DNA of 64,000 nucleotides from an uncultured candidate division Zixibacteria bacterium (GTDB lineage Bacteria > Zixibacteria > MSB-5A5 > UBA10806 > 4484-95), in NCBI GenBank assembly GCA_963668625.2, contig CAXXKA010000008.1:512001-576000 (forward strand), in the 5' to 3' direction. Below are positions 30,735 through 39,676 of the stretch, in pieces. The notes beneath the pieces are model-generated. The model ran no database searches, was not told where the DNA came from, and was given only the letters and a program-made list of their open reading frames with translations. Numbering within the stretch: position 1 is the first letter of the stretch; the number at the start of each line of letters is the position of its first letter. Made by a program: the position numbers and the translations under genes.

Positions 30735-30769
30735 AGCCGTCGGGAATCTTTTTTCCTGACGGCTTTTTT
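30735..30769 (+). terminator. Rho-independent terminator
   Basis: AGCCGTCGGGAA...TTCCTGACGGCT followed by TTTTT. Confidence 0.75.
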
Positions 30770-30997
30770 ATCATGTTGCTAAAATCTGTAGAGTAAACTA
30801 TGCCTAACGACATTTAGATTTTGTTCTGGAATATAGAAGAAAGTCAAAACGAAGTTTTTCAAATACGGTGGGCTGCAAAATTGGAGTTTTGCAGCCAGTA
30901 ATAGCCGACTTAAGTCGTCAGGATAAAAGCCACCGGCCTTGTGACCGATGGCAGTTTACCGAATTCTCGTGGCTGGCTCTACCTACGGATGCCGTAT

Positions 30998-31948
30998 CTA
31001 ACGGGCTGTTTGTTCTTCATCTATATCAGCATAGGCGTTCAGGTTGCCCGCATTTTCCAGCAGATGTCTTCTAACATACTGGCCGCAATTACTGCCGATG
31101 TCGTTCTCGCTCAGTTCGCCGATACTCAGTATCACCTCGTAACCGGCCTCGGTGATCGAATCGATCAAGTCATCGCTACTATTTTCATTATTAATAAACG
31201 ATTTGATATTGTTGCTAGCGGCGTTATGAGTTGGGTTAACCGGTGTAATTTTGATTATGAATATCTCCGGATTGAAATATTCTCGCAATATATCAGGATC
31301 AATTGTCGATCCCTCCGCCAGGGCGAAATTGAGTGCGATCTTTCTTTCACCGGCTCGATAGAATTTCTCTCCGTACCCGGCGATCTTATCGAATCCCCAT
31401 TTGCGTACAGGTATGAGCTCATCACGTTTAGCGATATCGGTGGTGTGGATGGAGAATTGCATCTGAAATTTATCTTTATAGATGGCCTGTTTGACCATCA
31501 GGAGGTTTTCAAAAAACGAATCGCATGATCGTGGAGCAACAGTCGATATACAGGGCATCAAACCGGGAGCATCATAAAGTTCCGGCAGATCATTCAAGAC
31601 ATCGATAACCGCCGGATTGAAAGCCGGATCACCCATACGGGCAAACTGGATTTTGAATTTATCGACCGGTACTGAACGATTGGGGAATCTCCTGGTGATC
31701 AGGTAATCGACTTGCTCGAGTAGCTGATCTTTCGTGAGCTTACCATTATAATATCCACCGGCATCACAGATGGGGCAGTTAACCGGGCAGCCGAACAGGG
31801 TCGATACGATGAGCACCCATTTTCTATCTCTCGGCACGGGTGGTTGCACCGATTCGACGAACTCGATATATTTATTTTCGGAGTACTCGGCCAGGTATAC
31901 CGTGGCGATATCCTCCCGACCGGATGAATTTATTATTTTCATTCGCAT
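30998..31948 (-). CDS. RlmN/Cfr-like radical SAM protein (short, atypical)
   Basis: CPVNCPIC cluster motif, RMGDP (cf. GMGEP), QFSIH, R..LIP, C-terminal DIGSNCGQ (cf. DIDAACGQL); lacks the RlmN N-terminal domain. Confidence 0.8.
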   Translation of the reverse strand: MRMKIINSSGREDIATVYLAEYSENKYIEFVESVQPPVPRDRKWVLIVSTLFGCPVNCPICDAGGYYNGKLTKDQLLEQVDYLITRRFPNRSVPVDKFKIQFARMGDPAFNPAVIDVLNDLPELYDAPGLMPCISTVAPRSCDSFFENLLMVKQAIYKDKFQMQFSIHTTDIAKRDELIPVRKWGFDKIAGYGEKFYRAGERKIALNFALAEGSTIDPDILREYFNPEIFIIKITPVNPTHNAASNNIKSFINNENSSDDLIDSITEAGYEVILSIGELSENDIGSNCGQYVRRHLLENAGNLNAYADIDEEQTAR

Positions 31949-32838
31949 TTCTCTTTGATTTTCAGGTAAACGGTCATAGCGGCCTTAACGCCATCCCCGG
32001 CGGCTATGGCAACCTGACGGTAACATTCGTTTTTAACATCGCCGATAAACTGTATCAAGTTTCCGGCTAACAGATTTTCGAGGTTGCCAAGTACGCTGTC
32101 CGATAAGAAACCAAGCTCGGGTTCGCGTCCTATTGCTATCACGAGATAATCAACCTTAGCATTGACTGAACCATCGGCCAATGCAATATCAAGTGATATA
32201 CTTGAATCGACATTCCGCTTAATCCCAACCAGTTCTGCATTTTCGTGATAGGTAATAGTATCACATTCTCTGGCGCGACTCCGCAGAAGCGATAGAGATT
32301 TGATATTGATACCGCGGTTATATATCGAGACTCTGTTATTTTTTGCAAGGTTTAATGCGTAATCGAAAGCGGCATCCCCGGCGCCTATAATCGCTATGTG
32401 ACGGTTTGCGATTTCAGCAATCGAACTTATCTCGTACAATACTTTTCCGGCATAATCGGAGTCAACCACATCCCCGGTGTAGCGGTTGGCCCGTGTGCCG
32501 GAGGCAACGAGTATATAATCGAAATCGTAGGTACTTTCATTGGTAGATAACGTAAAGCGGGAGCCATCATGAGTAACATTTAAGACAGCTTCGTGCCTGA
32601 TATCTCTCTGGTGTTTCGCGAGATGTTTTTCGAATATTGTCACCAGTTCCGGTCCTGATATACCATCGGGGAACCCCGGATAGTTTTCCACCCGATTGGC
32701 GTTCGATAACAGGCCACCTATAGAGGATTTTTCGAACAATGTTGGCTTGAGGCCATATCGGCTAAGCTGTATGGCGGCCGCGATACCAGCCGGTCCTGCG
32801 CCGATTATTCCTATTGAGATATTACTCATACGATCCAA
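31939..32838 (-). CDS. Thioredoxin reductase-like NAD(P)/FAD-dependent oxidoreductase
   Basis: IIGAGPAG, VENYPGF..GISG.EL, IIGAGDAA, GDV...RQVAIAAGDG; no CxxC seen; overlaps the radical SAM gene start. Confidence 0.85.
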   Translation of the reverse strand: MDRMSNISIGIIGAGPAGIAAAIQLSRYGLKPTLFEKSSIGGLLSNANRVENYPGFPDGISGPELVTIFEKHLAKHQRDIRHEAVLNVTHDGSRFTLSTNESTYDFDYILVASGTRANRYTGDVVDSDYAGKVLYEISSIAEIANRHIAIIGAGDAAFDYALNLAKNNRVSIYNRGINIKSLSLLRSRARECDTITYHENAELVGIKRNVDSSISLDIALADGSVNAKVDYLVIAIGREPELGFLSDSVLGNLENLLAGNLIQFIGDVKNECYRQVAIAAGDGVKAAMTVYLKIKEKCE

Positions 32839-32846
32839 TTCTTTGA

Positions 32847-32882
32847 AAATAAAAGTAGGGGCGCTCGATTGAACGCCCCTAT
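32847..32882 (-). terminator. Terminator / GTAG-type REP-like hairpin after the 32917-34044 gene
   Basis: Minus strand ATAGGGGCGTTCAATCGAGCGCCCCTAC followed by TTTTATTTT. Confidence 0.65.
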
Positions 32883-32916
32883 TAGATTTTATGAAAATCC
32901 GTTGTGTTACGGAATT

Positions 32917-34044
32917 CTATTCCTCGATCGCCTCGACATTGGCACGGGGTACGATAGCTTTCTCGCCATCGGGGAACTCCACACCCAGAACGCGAGCATG
33001 GGATTCCGATTCCAACTCCTGCAGCGGCGCGGGCAGATCGTAAACTTTGCCAAGTTTGCCGAAATAGGGTTCGCGGATAACACGAATATGAGAGCCGACA
33101 TTCAAGCCGACATTCTCTGTTTTAGCGAGATGCTCATCGACTTTGGCGTCCCCGGTTATCGGGATAACGACCTCGGGCCGGATTACGCCGGCGCGAATCT
33201 GGGTAGCCCCGTTTATACAGGCGAGCTTGCCCTCGTTGGCTTTTAACAGGTCGTAGGTTTTCTGGGCCATGGCGATCTCGCCGAAACCCTCGGTGACAAC
33301 CAGGGTGATACCTTTGGCCTCGTTACCGGTAATAGCAACGCCAAGGTCGTAGCCTAAGAAATCGCGGAGGTCTTTATCGTTGAAACCGCCGACTACGATA
33401 CCAACTGCGCCGACCTTGATAGCCTGGTTAAGGCCGTTTGCCGTTACCAGCTTGCCGCCGACAATCACGCAGCCCTTGCAGGACTCATCGATATCTTTCT
33501 CGCGAAGTACCTCATCGGTAGACTTGGAGACTATTTTGATCGGTCCGTGGGCCTCGCCACCGATACCGAAAATACCCTGGGCAAACGCACCCCAGGTAGT
33601 AACCGCCACACCCTCCTCGGAGAATATCTCGGTTACCTCGCCATCCAGGTAAGCCCTGACCTCAACCGGCATCGGGGCGCCGCGCAGAAGTACCTGGCCG
33701 GTGATACTGGATATATTCTCGATAGTGCCGGAAATCTTTGCCTTGGCGTTCGAGCTGAACAGCCCGAAGAATGATTTCGATTTGGCGATCTCATCACCCT
33801 GTTCAACGTAATCGCCCTCTTTACAGAGCATGGCCTCGAGTACATCCTCAGGTGGTACACCCAGGATATTAGCTACGTTGATCGGTTCCACCGGTCCGGG
33901 GATCTCGGTGCGGGCCACTACGGTTTCGGCCTCGACCTTATCGCCCACCTTAACCACGACATCGCCCTTAAGGGGCAGGATGCGTTTTTTAACTACTTTC
34001 GTCTTCAGGGTTACGCGAAGACCTGGTGTATATGCATGAGCCAT
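32917..34044 (-). CDS. Conserved hypothetical protein (two barrel-sandwich-hybrid motifs, alpha/beta core, C-terminal KOW-like motif)
   Basis: VVVKVGDKVEA and CKEGDYVEQGDEIA hybrid motifs; GAVGIVVGG; IRAGVIRPEV; LNVGSHIRVIREPYFGKLGKV. Confidence 0.7.
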   Translation of the reverse strand: MAHAYTPGLRVTLKTKVVKKRILPLKGDVVVKVGDKVEAETVVARTEIPGPVEPINVANILGVPPEDVLEAMLCKEGDYVEQGDEIAKSKSFFGLFSSNAKAKISGTIENISSITGQVLLRGAPMPVEVRAYLDGEVTEIFSEEGVAVTTWGAFAQGIFGIGGEAHGPIKIVSKSTDEVLREKDIDESCKGCVIVGGKLVTANGLNQAIKVGAVGIVVGGFNDKDLRDFLGYDLGVAITGNEAKGITLVVTEGFGEIAMAQKTYDLLKANEGKLACINGATQIRAGVIRPEVVIPITGDAKVDEHLAKTENVGLNVGSHIRVIREPYFGKLGKVYDLPAPLQELESESHARVLGVEFPDGEKAIVPRANVEAIEE

Positions 34045-34351
34045 AAGCTTCCTCTATTTTTAAAATTCACATTACATGCCAATTACAAAGTGATATGATA
34101 ATAAATAAGGTTTTCAAAGGCAACAGGTTTTGTGGAGAGAATGGCTGACCGAGTCAAGGTTTATCTGGCCGGCGGCGGTGGCTGGGAAGGATTCCCGACA
34201 GCGTAGTGTTGGATATGTGGCAGCATTGGAGAACCGACGAAATCGCAACGAGTTAAAGCTTGGCAGACAGCTTGCAGCATCCAGTAAGGTTAAACTCTAC
34301 GCTATGTTCGGTGGTAAACATTTACGGATGAATTATAATCATTTAGATATT

Positions 34352-34605
34352 CACCACTGTCCGGCCTTTCCATCTCGTTACGAAACGCTGGATCGCAACG
34401 TGGCTTGTTTGCCTGCAGAATGCGCATTCTACATGACTCAAGAAGGTTTCCAGGCAGCGTTTGGAAACCAGGGAACTAAGCCTAACATCGACAGGATATA
34501 TCAGGATGCATGATACGCTGAATATATATTTATATCGGAAAATATCTTTTACTAACAATTTCAGGAAGAAATTTAAAATTTATCGAAAAACACCGGACAC
34601 TAGTG
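34352..34605 (-). mobile_element. MITE copy 1 (254 bp)
   Basis: Terminal inverted repeats CACCACTGTCCGG / CCGGACACTAGTG; 9-bp target duplication TTAGATATT (34343-34351 and 34606-34614); inverted homolog at 63088-63342. Confidence 0.9.
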
Positions 34606-34749
34606 TTAGATATTAGCAAATGATAAAGCTTCGATTTTAACGTACACACCGGCTGTGCAGGCGGTTTTTAATATTAACGAAAAAAAAACGCATCTATAAA
34701 ACAGCGACTTCTATCCGAATTATTCGAATGCGATATCTCCAGCTACCGC

Positions 34750-35706
34750 CTATTTCCTTACGGCAATGGCAATGTTGTTATAGCGTGAATCAACCCTATC
34801 AATTGGTATTTCACTGGGGCGAGTATCGAATAGATTTCTAAAAAACAGTGTTGTGTATATCGAAATCTTGTTGATTGCTTTCAAGCCATACATGGTATAT
34901 TTATACTTTTTGCTTTCCTCTAGTTTGCCTATCCATCCGAAAATTTTGGGATATGACCAGGGCAAGGTTTTATATTTAACTCCGTAATATTGTTTGCTAT
35001 CGAATCCCAGGCTTGTGAGCATGTTTTTCATATTTTCGCCGTTAAAAAAATATAAGTGCGTAGCCGGCGCTTTAAATGATATCCCTACACTACACAATTC
35101 ATAATCCTGATTAGGCACGTCGATGTACAAAAATCCACCATCTACGAGCAAGTTGTCATATATATATTTAATAGCTTCTTGTGGGTTCTCGATATGCTCG
35201 AGCACATGTGACATAATTACCAGATCGTATTTTTGTTTTAATCCGGCATTCTCCATATAATCCTGAATTACTGTTACATCAGGTATTAGGGATAAGATTG
35301 CGCAATGATTTTTATTGGGTTCAAGAGCCGTTATATTAATATTGGGATGATTTTTCCTAATTAATCTCAGTAAAACGCCATCACCGGAGCCTATTTCCAG
35401 AATATTACTTATGTTTTCTAAACCGATAGTGTATTGGATGAATCCATAATGATGTCTTGAGGCGGCTCTGGATTCCAGCCATGACGGCATTGGGGATTTA
35501 TCAACGTACTCCGATATAACATCTCTAACCATCTCCTGCCGGAACGCCTGTCCGCACGAGGCGCATCTATCGATTTGCGGATTGTTTCTGAAAACAGATA
35601 ACATCTCGCTTCCGCAAAAAGGGCAATTTTTATGCATTAATTTCGTATAATCAGCTAGCCTGTTAGTTTTATATTTATTTACTGTTATTAAATTAGTCAA
35701 TATCAC
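34750..35706 (-). CDS. Class I SAM-dependent methyltransferase with N-terminal Zn-ribbon; AT-rich, likely acquired
   Basis: CPFC...CASC, ILEIGSGDG (motif I), YDLVIMSHVLEH, GGFLYIDVPN. Confidence 0.85.
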   Translation of the reverse strand: MILTNLITVNKYKTNRLADYTKLMHKNCPFCGSEMLSVFRNNPQIDRCASCGQAFRQEMVRDVISEYVDKSPMPSWLESRAASRHHYGFIQYTIGLENISNILEIGSGDGVLLRLIRKNHPNINITALEPNKNHCAILSLIPDVTVIQDYMENAGLKQKYDLVIMSHVLEHIENPQEAIKYIYDNLLVDGGFLYIDVPNQDYELCSVGISFKAPATHLYFFNGENMKNMLTSLGFDSKQYYGVKYKTLPWSYPKIFGWIGKLEESKKYKYTMYGLKAINKISIYTTLFFRNLFDTRPSEIPIDRVDSRYNNIAIAVRK

Positions 35707-35792
35707 CTCGCTTTTAAAAATAATATCGGAGAGTACGGCAAAAATTATAGTATAGAAATATTACTGTTCTAATAATTAACCGGTACACACAT

Positions 35793-35826
35793 AAAAAAAA
35801 CCGCCTCTTATCACAGAGACGGTTTA
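35793..35826 (-). terminator. Rho-independent terminator after the GlmL-like gene
   Basis: Minus strand AAACCGTCTCTG...AGAGGCGGTTTTTTTT. Confidence 0.65.
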
Positions 35827-35850
35827 ATTGTTCAATACGAATTTTATGGC

Positions 35851-37719
35851 TTAATACTTGCTGATCAAATTCTCCAGACGGTCTTTGTCGTAGATATCCA
35901 TCTCGAGCATCCACTCTCTCAGCTTGGTTACCCGGACATTGGCATCCTCGGAAAGGTTAAATGGACGACCACGGCCATCCAGCACCACGCCGACTACGCC
36001 GCCTGAAACCATGCCCTCGATCTTGTTACCTTTGCCGGCGCCCAAATCGAATCCACGGGCGGGTTGGAACTCGGCTTTCGCTTTCGCCGGTAAACCTTTC
36101 TCGTCGATACCCAGCTTGATCAGTTTTAACTGGCCGAACTTGATCGTGCCCTGCTCGGTTTTACCATCGGGCATAGCGATTTTGTAGGTCATAATCTCTT
36201 TATCGATTTTGCCCTCGCCCACCGGCGCCACGCAGGTACCCAGGTGAATCAGGCAGTCCTTGGTAAACACCTCGGTAGCGGCTTTTTGGTGAAGAGCCGA
36301 GAGCACGCCGAGCTGCGGCATCATGAATATCGAGTCGACCGCCAGGCGGGTGATACCCTCGGGCAGGAACGAATCGATCATCATGAGAGCCGACTGCTGA
36401 CGGCGAGGAGCATGCGAGAGCACGCCGCCGGAACCGACCAGCATATCGAGTGTCATCATATTTACGAGCGAGGCTCCCGAGGTTGTTTGCTCGAAAGCAT
36501 CCGCGATAGTGCGTTGCTGTTGCACGCCTTTTAGCACCGTGGCAAACGACCTGTGCTGTACGAACGCCAGCCTCAAGGCCTCCTTGGCGATCGCCTGCTC
36601 CAGGATCAATTCCTCGAGCATCTGCGGGATTGTCGTGGGGCGCACCATTTTATTTTTGATACGGTTACGCAGGTCGCGCTCATCCATGTTGAACGGCACC
36701 CAGCGCATGACTTTCGGCAGTGTCGCCTCGGCGAACACGTTCGATACCGAGTAACTCATACCGAGGTTGGCCGAGACGGTACGGTTGAAAATGCCCTCGG
36801 CGCCCTCGGGGCGGAACACACTGAAAATATCAGTGGTAGCGCCGCCGATATCCACACCGACGACCTCTATATTTTCTATATCGGAAATTGTCTTGATAAT
36901 AAGTCCGACCGCACCTGGTGTCGGCATGATCGGCGCGTCGGTCCAGGTCATCAACTTGGAATAACCGGGGGCCTGAGCCATGACATGCTCCATGAACAGG
37001 TCGTGGATTTTCTCTCGTGCAGGAATCAGGTTCTCGCGTTCGAGCACCGGTCGAAGGTTATCCACGATATCCAGAGCCGTTTTCTTTTCCAGCGAATCTT
37101 TCACTGGCTGACGGGCATCAACATTACCGGCATAGATTACCGGCAGATTGTACCCGGAACCCAGACGGGGTTTAGGATCGGCCGCCGAAATAAGTTCGGC
37201 CAACTCGACTACGTGAGTAGTGGTACCGCCATCAATACCGCCGGAAAGCAGGATCATATCGGGTCTCAGGTGACGAATTCTTTCGATCTGCTGGTGCGGC
37301 AAGCGTTTATCGTTGGAGGCAATAACATCCATGACAATTGCGCCGGCGGTCATAGCGGCACGTTCGGCCGACTCGGCGGTCATCGAGCGCACGACACCGG
37401 CAACCATCATTTGAAGGCCACCACCTGCCGATGAGGTAGAGATATAAATATCAGTACCATCATTTCCTTTGGCGGGTGATATGATTTTATTGTCTTTGTC
37501 TAAAAGCTTACGGCCGGAAAGCTCCTCGACCTCACCGATAGCGTTAAGAACGCCCATCGTAACATCCTCGAACGGCGCCTCAACGGTGGTTGGAGCCTCG
37601 CCTCTTACAATCAGACGATATTCGCCGTCACGATATTCAATAAGAATCGCTTTTGTGGTGGTAGAGCCACAGTCGGTGGCTACGATAACTTTTATATCTT
37701 CAGGCTTTAGATTCTTCAT
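35851..37719 (-). CDS. GlmL/MutL (glutamate mutase reactivase-like) ASKHA-superfamily ATPase
   Basis: ATDCGSTTTKA (phosphate-1), TSSAGGGL, PDMILLSGGIDGG, PTPGAV, GVDIGGATTD (phosphate-2), GSGGVLSH. Confidence 0.8.
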   Translation of the reverse strand: MKNLKPEDIKVIVATDCGSTTTKAILIEYRDGEYRLIVRGEAPTTVEAPFEDVTMGVLNAIGEVEELSGRKLLDKDNKIISPAKGNDGTDIYISTSSAGGGLQMMVAGVVRSMTAESAERAAMTAGAIVMDVIASNDKRLPHQQIERIRHLRPDMILLSGGIDGGTTTHVVELAELISAADPKPRLGSGYNLPVIYAGNVDARQPVKDSLEKKTALDIVDNLRPVLERENLIPAREKIHDLFMEHVMAQAPGYSKLMTWTDAPIMPTPGAVGLIIKTISDIENIEVVGVDIGGATTDIFSVFRPEGAEGIFNRTVSANLGMSYSVSNVFAEATLPKVMRWVPFNMDERDLRNRIKNKMVRPTTIPQMLEELILEQAIAKEALRLAFVQHRSFATVLKGVQQQRTIADAFEQTTSGASLVNMMTLDMLVGSGGVLSHAPRRQQSALMMIDSFLPEGITRLAVDSIFMMPQLGVLSALHQKAATEVFTKDCLIHLGTCVAPVGEGKIDKEIMTYKIAMPDGKTEQGTIKFGQLKLIKLGIDEKGLPAKAKAEFQPARGFDLGAGKGNKIEGMVSGGVVGVVLDGRGRPFNLSEDANVRVTKLREWMLEMDIYDKDRLENLISKY

Positions 37720-37888
37720 TAATGCCTCACAATCTTAAGTCAATATCCGAATTACAATTTGAGAATATGATAAATTAGGATTACAAAGTCAAACAATTTC
37801 GGGGTATCCAGTTTGATATCGTAGAAAATTCATTTATGGAATGTTGACAATTGCCCGATAGAAATACTAGGGAGATATAGATATTTAA

Positions 37889-38077
37889 ATGATAAAGATG
37901 CCACAACTCATAATGGGGATATTCTTTGGCATGCTTGGACTTGCCATGATCATCCATTTCTGGGGAGATTTCGGGATTAAAGCCATCGTCTCCGATCTGG
38001 TGGGGTTATCACTGGTTTTAATGGGTACATTTAACTTTTATATGTATATCAAACAACGACGAGATGCCTTAAAATAG
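37889..38077 (+). CDS. Small two-TM membrane protein
   Basis: 62 aa with two hydrophobic segments and a basic C-terminus; GGGAG upstream. Confidence 0.55.
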   Translation: MIKMPQLIMGIFFGMLGLAMIIHFWGDFGIKAIVSDLVGLSLVLMGTFNFYMYIKQRRDALK

Positions 38078-38272
38078 TAAAAAGAAGTCCCAAATATAAT
38101 ACTTAAAGATGGGTTAGTAGTAAAAACAATTTGCGGCTTTCTTGAAATTGTGATAGAGAAAGTATCGGAATCGATCGAATAAATCGATTAAACTGCAATT
38201 ATTTGTAGCCAGAAAATAAGTCGCAGAACTTGATAAAATCGGGTGAGGCAACAATCAGGATTGGAATGAGGC

Positions 38273-39616
38273 GTGGTGGAAATTAGCGAACAGACCAGTA
38301 AGTTGAAACGTGATGCTCTGAAAGTAATCTGGCAGGCTATCGAATCGGTTAACCCGGAAAATGCAATCAACCGGAATTTCAGGCTAAAATACGAAAATCT
38401 CCATGTTGGTGACACCATTCTGAAACTCTCGGATTTTCAGAAAGTCCATATTGTCGGGGCGGGTAAAGCCTCCACCCAGATGGCTAAAGCGTTGGAAAAT
38501 ATTTTATTGAAACGTCTGACCGGAGGTATGGTATACACCAAGCGCGGCAGCGAGGTACCGCTTCATACGGTAAACGTATTTGCCGCGGATCACCCGGTGC
38601 CTGACCGCGACAGCTTGTTGGCAGCCCAGAGAACGATGGAATTCGCTAAAAATTGTGAGTTACAGGACTTGATTATTTGCCTGATTTCCGGCGGCGCCTC
38701 GGCCATGTGGAGTTTGCCGGTATCGGGAGTGAATTTCGAGGACAAGCAAAAGACAGTGGCGACACTTCTTAAATGCGGCGCGAATATTCACGAGATGAAT
38801 ACGATCAGGAAACATCTTTCGCGTATCAAAGGCGGTCATCTGGCCCAGATGGCGCATCCCGCCACCGTGGTTACGCTGGCTATTTCCGATGTCGTTGGGG
38901 ATGAGATATCATCCATAGGCTCCGGACCCACCGTGGGTGATCCCACCACATTCAAGCAGGCAATGGCGGTACTGGAAAAATATAATATCGCGTTGGAATT
39001 ACCATCATCGGTATTGGACTATTTATGGAACGGCGCCCAGCGTAAAAACAAGGAAACTCCTAAGCCATCGGATCCGCTATTCAAGAAAAATCCCGTATGT
39101 ATTATCAGTACCAATGGCGACGCTTTAAATACCGCTATGGAAACAGGCCGTCACCTGGGATACAAAACCTATATCCACACCGGCAAGCTAACCGGCGAGG
39201 CCTCGGTTATCGGGCCGAAACTGGTTCAGAAAATAAAGGAGATGGCAGCCTCTCGCCGCCCGGGCGATCAGCCTATCATGATGCTTTCAGGGGGTGAGAC
39301 GACTGTCACCGTGAAAGGTAACGGCAAAGGCGGACGAAATCAGGAACTGGCATTGGCCGCCGCTATCGCGCTCGAGGGTGAACACGAGATCATAGCCGCC
39401 TCCATAGGCACCGATGGTGTTGACGGCGAGACGGATGCCGCCGGCGCATTCGCCGATAGCACAACGATTACTCGCGGTAAGGCAAAAGGCCTTGATGCCG
39501 CCGCTTATCTGGCGGATAATAACAGCTACGAATATTTCAGTAACCTTGGCGATTTGATAAAAACCGGGCCCACCGGAACAAATGTCATGGATATTCAAGT
39601 ACTAGTAATCAGTTAA
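38273..39616 (+). CDS. Glycerate 2-kinase (MOFRL/TtuD/GckA family)
   Basis: GAGKAS, HPVPD, LISGGASA, N.IRKHLS.IKGG, SDVVGD, GGETTV, GGRNQE, GTDGVDG, TGPTGTNVMD. Confidence 0.92.
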   Translation: MVEISEQTSKLKRDALKVIWQAIESVNPENAINRNFRLKYENLHVGDTILKLSDFQKVHIVGAGKASTQMAKALENILLKRLTGGMVYTKRGSEVPLHTVNVFAADHPVPDRDSLLAAQRTMEFAKNCELQDLIICLISGGASAMWSLPVSGVNFEDKQKTVATLLKCGANIHEMNTIRKHLSRIKGGHLAQMAHPATVVTLAISDVVGDEISSIGSGPTVGDPTTFKQAMAVLEKYNIALELPSSVLDYLWNGAQRKNKETPKPSDPLFKKNPVCIISTNGDALNTAMETGRHLGYKTYIHTGKLTGEASVIGPKLVQKIKEMAASRRPGDQPIMMLSGGETTVTVKGNGKGGRNQELALAAAIALEGEHEIIAASIGTDGVDGETDAAGAFADSTTITRGKAKGLDAAAYLADNNSYEYFSNLGDLIKTGPTGTNVMDIQVLVIS

Positions 39617-39676
39617 AATATACAACCGGGCCAAACAATATTATATCCATTCCTTACTTTATCTCTGGGGGATATT

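Noticed and set aside
34130-34558. ORFs 34130-34513 (+) and 34343-34558 (-)
   Set aside because: They run across the MITE and the attC-like palindrome and have no protein motifs.
36553-37434. 293-aa plus-strand ORF, and similar long antisense ORFs at 11144, 18865, 47648, 48766 and 51864
   Set aside because: They lie opposite well-supported genes and show no recognisable motifs; expected from codon bias.
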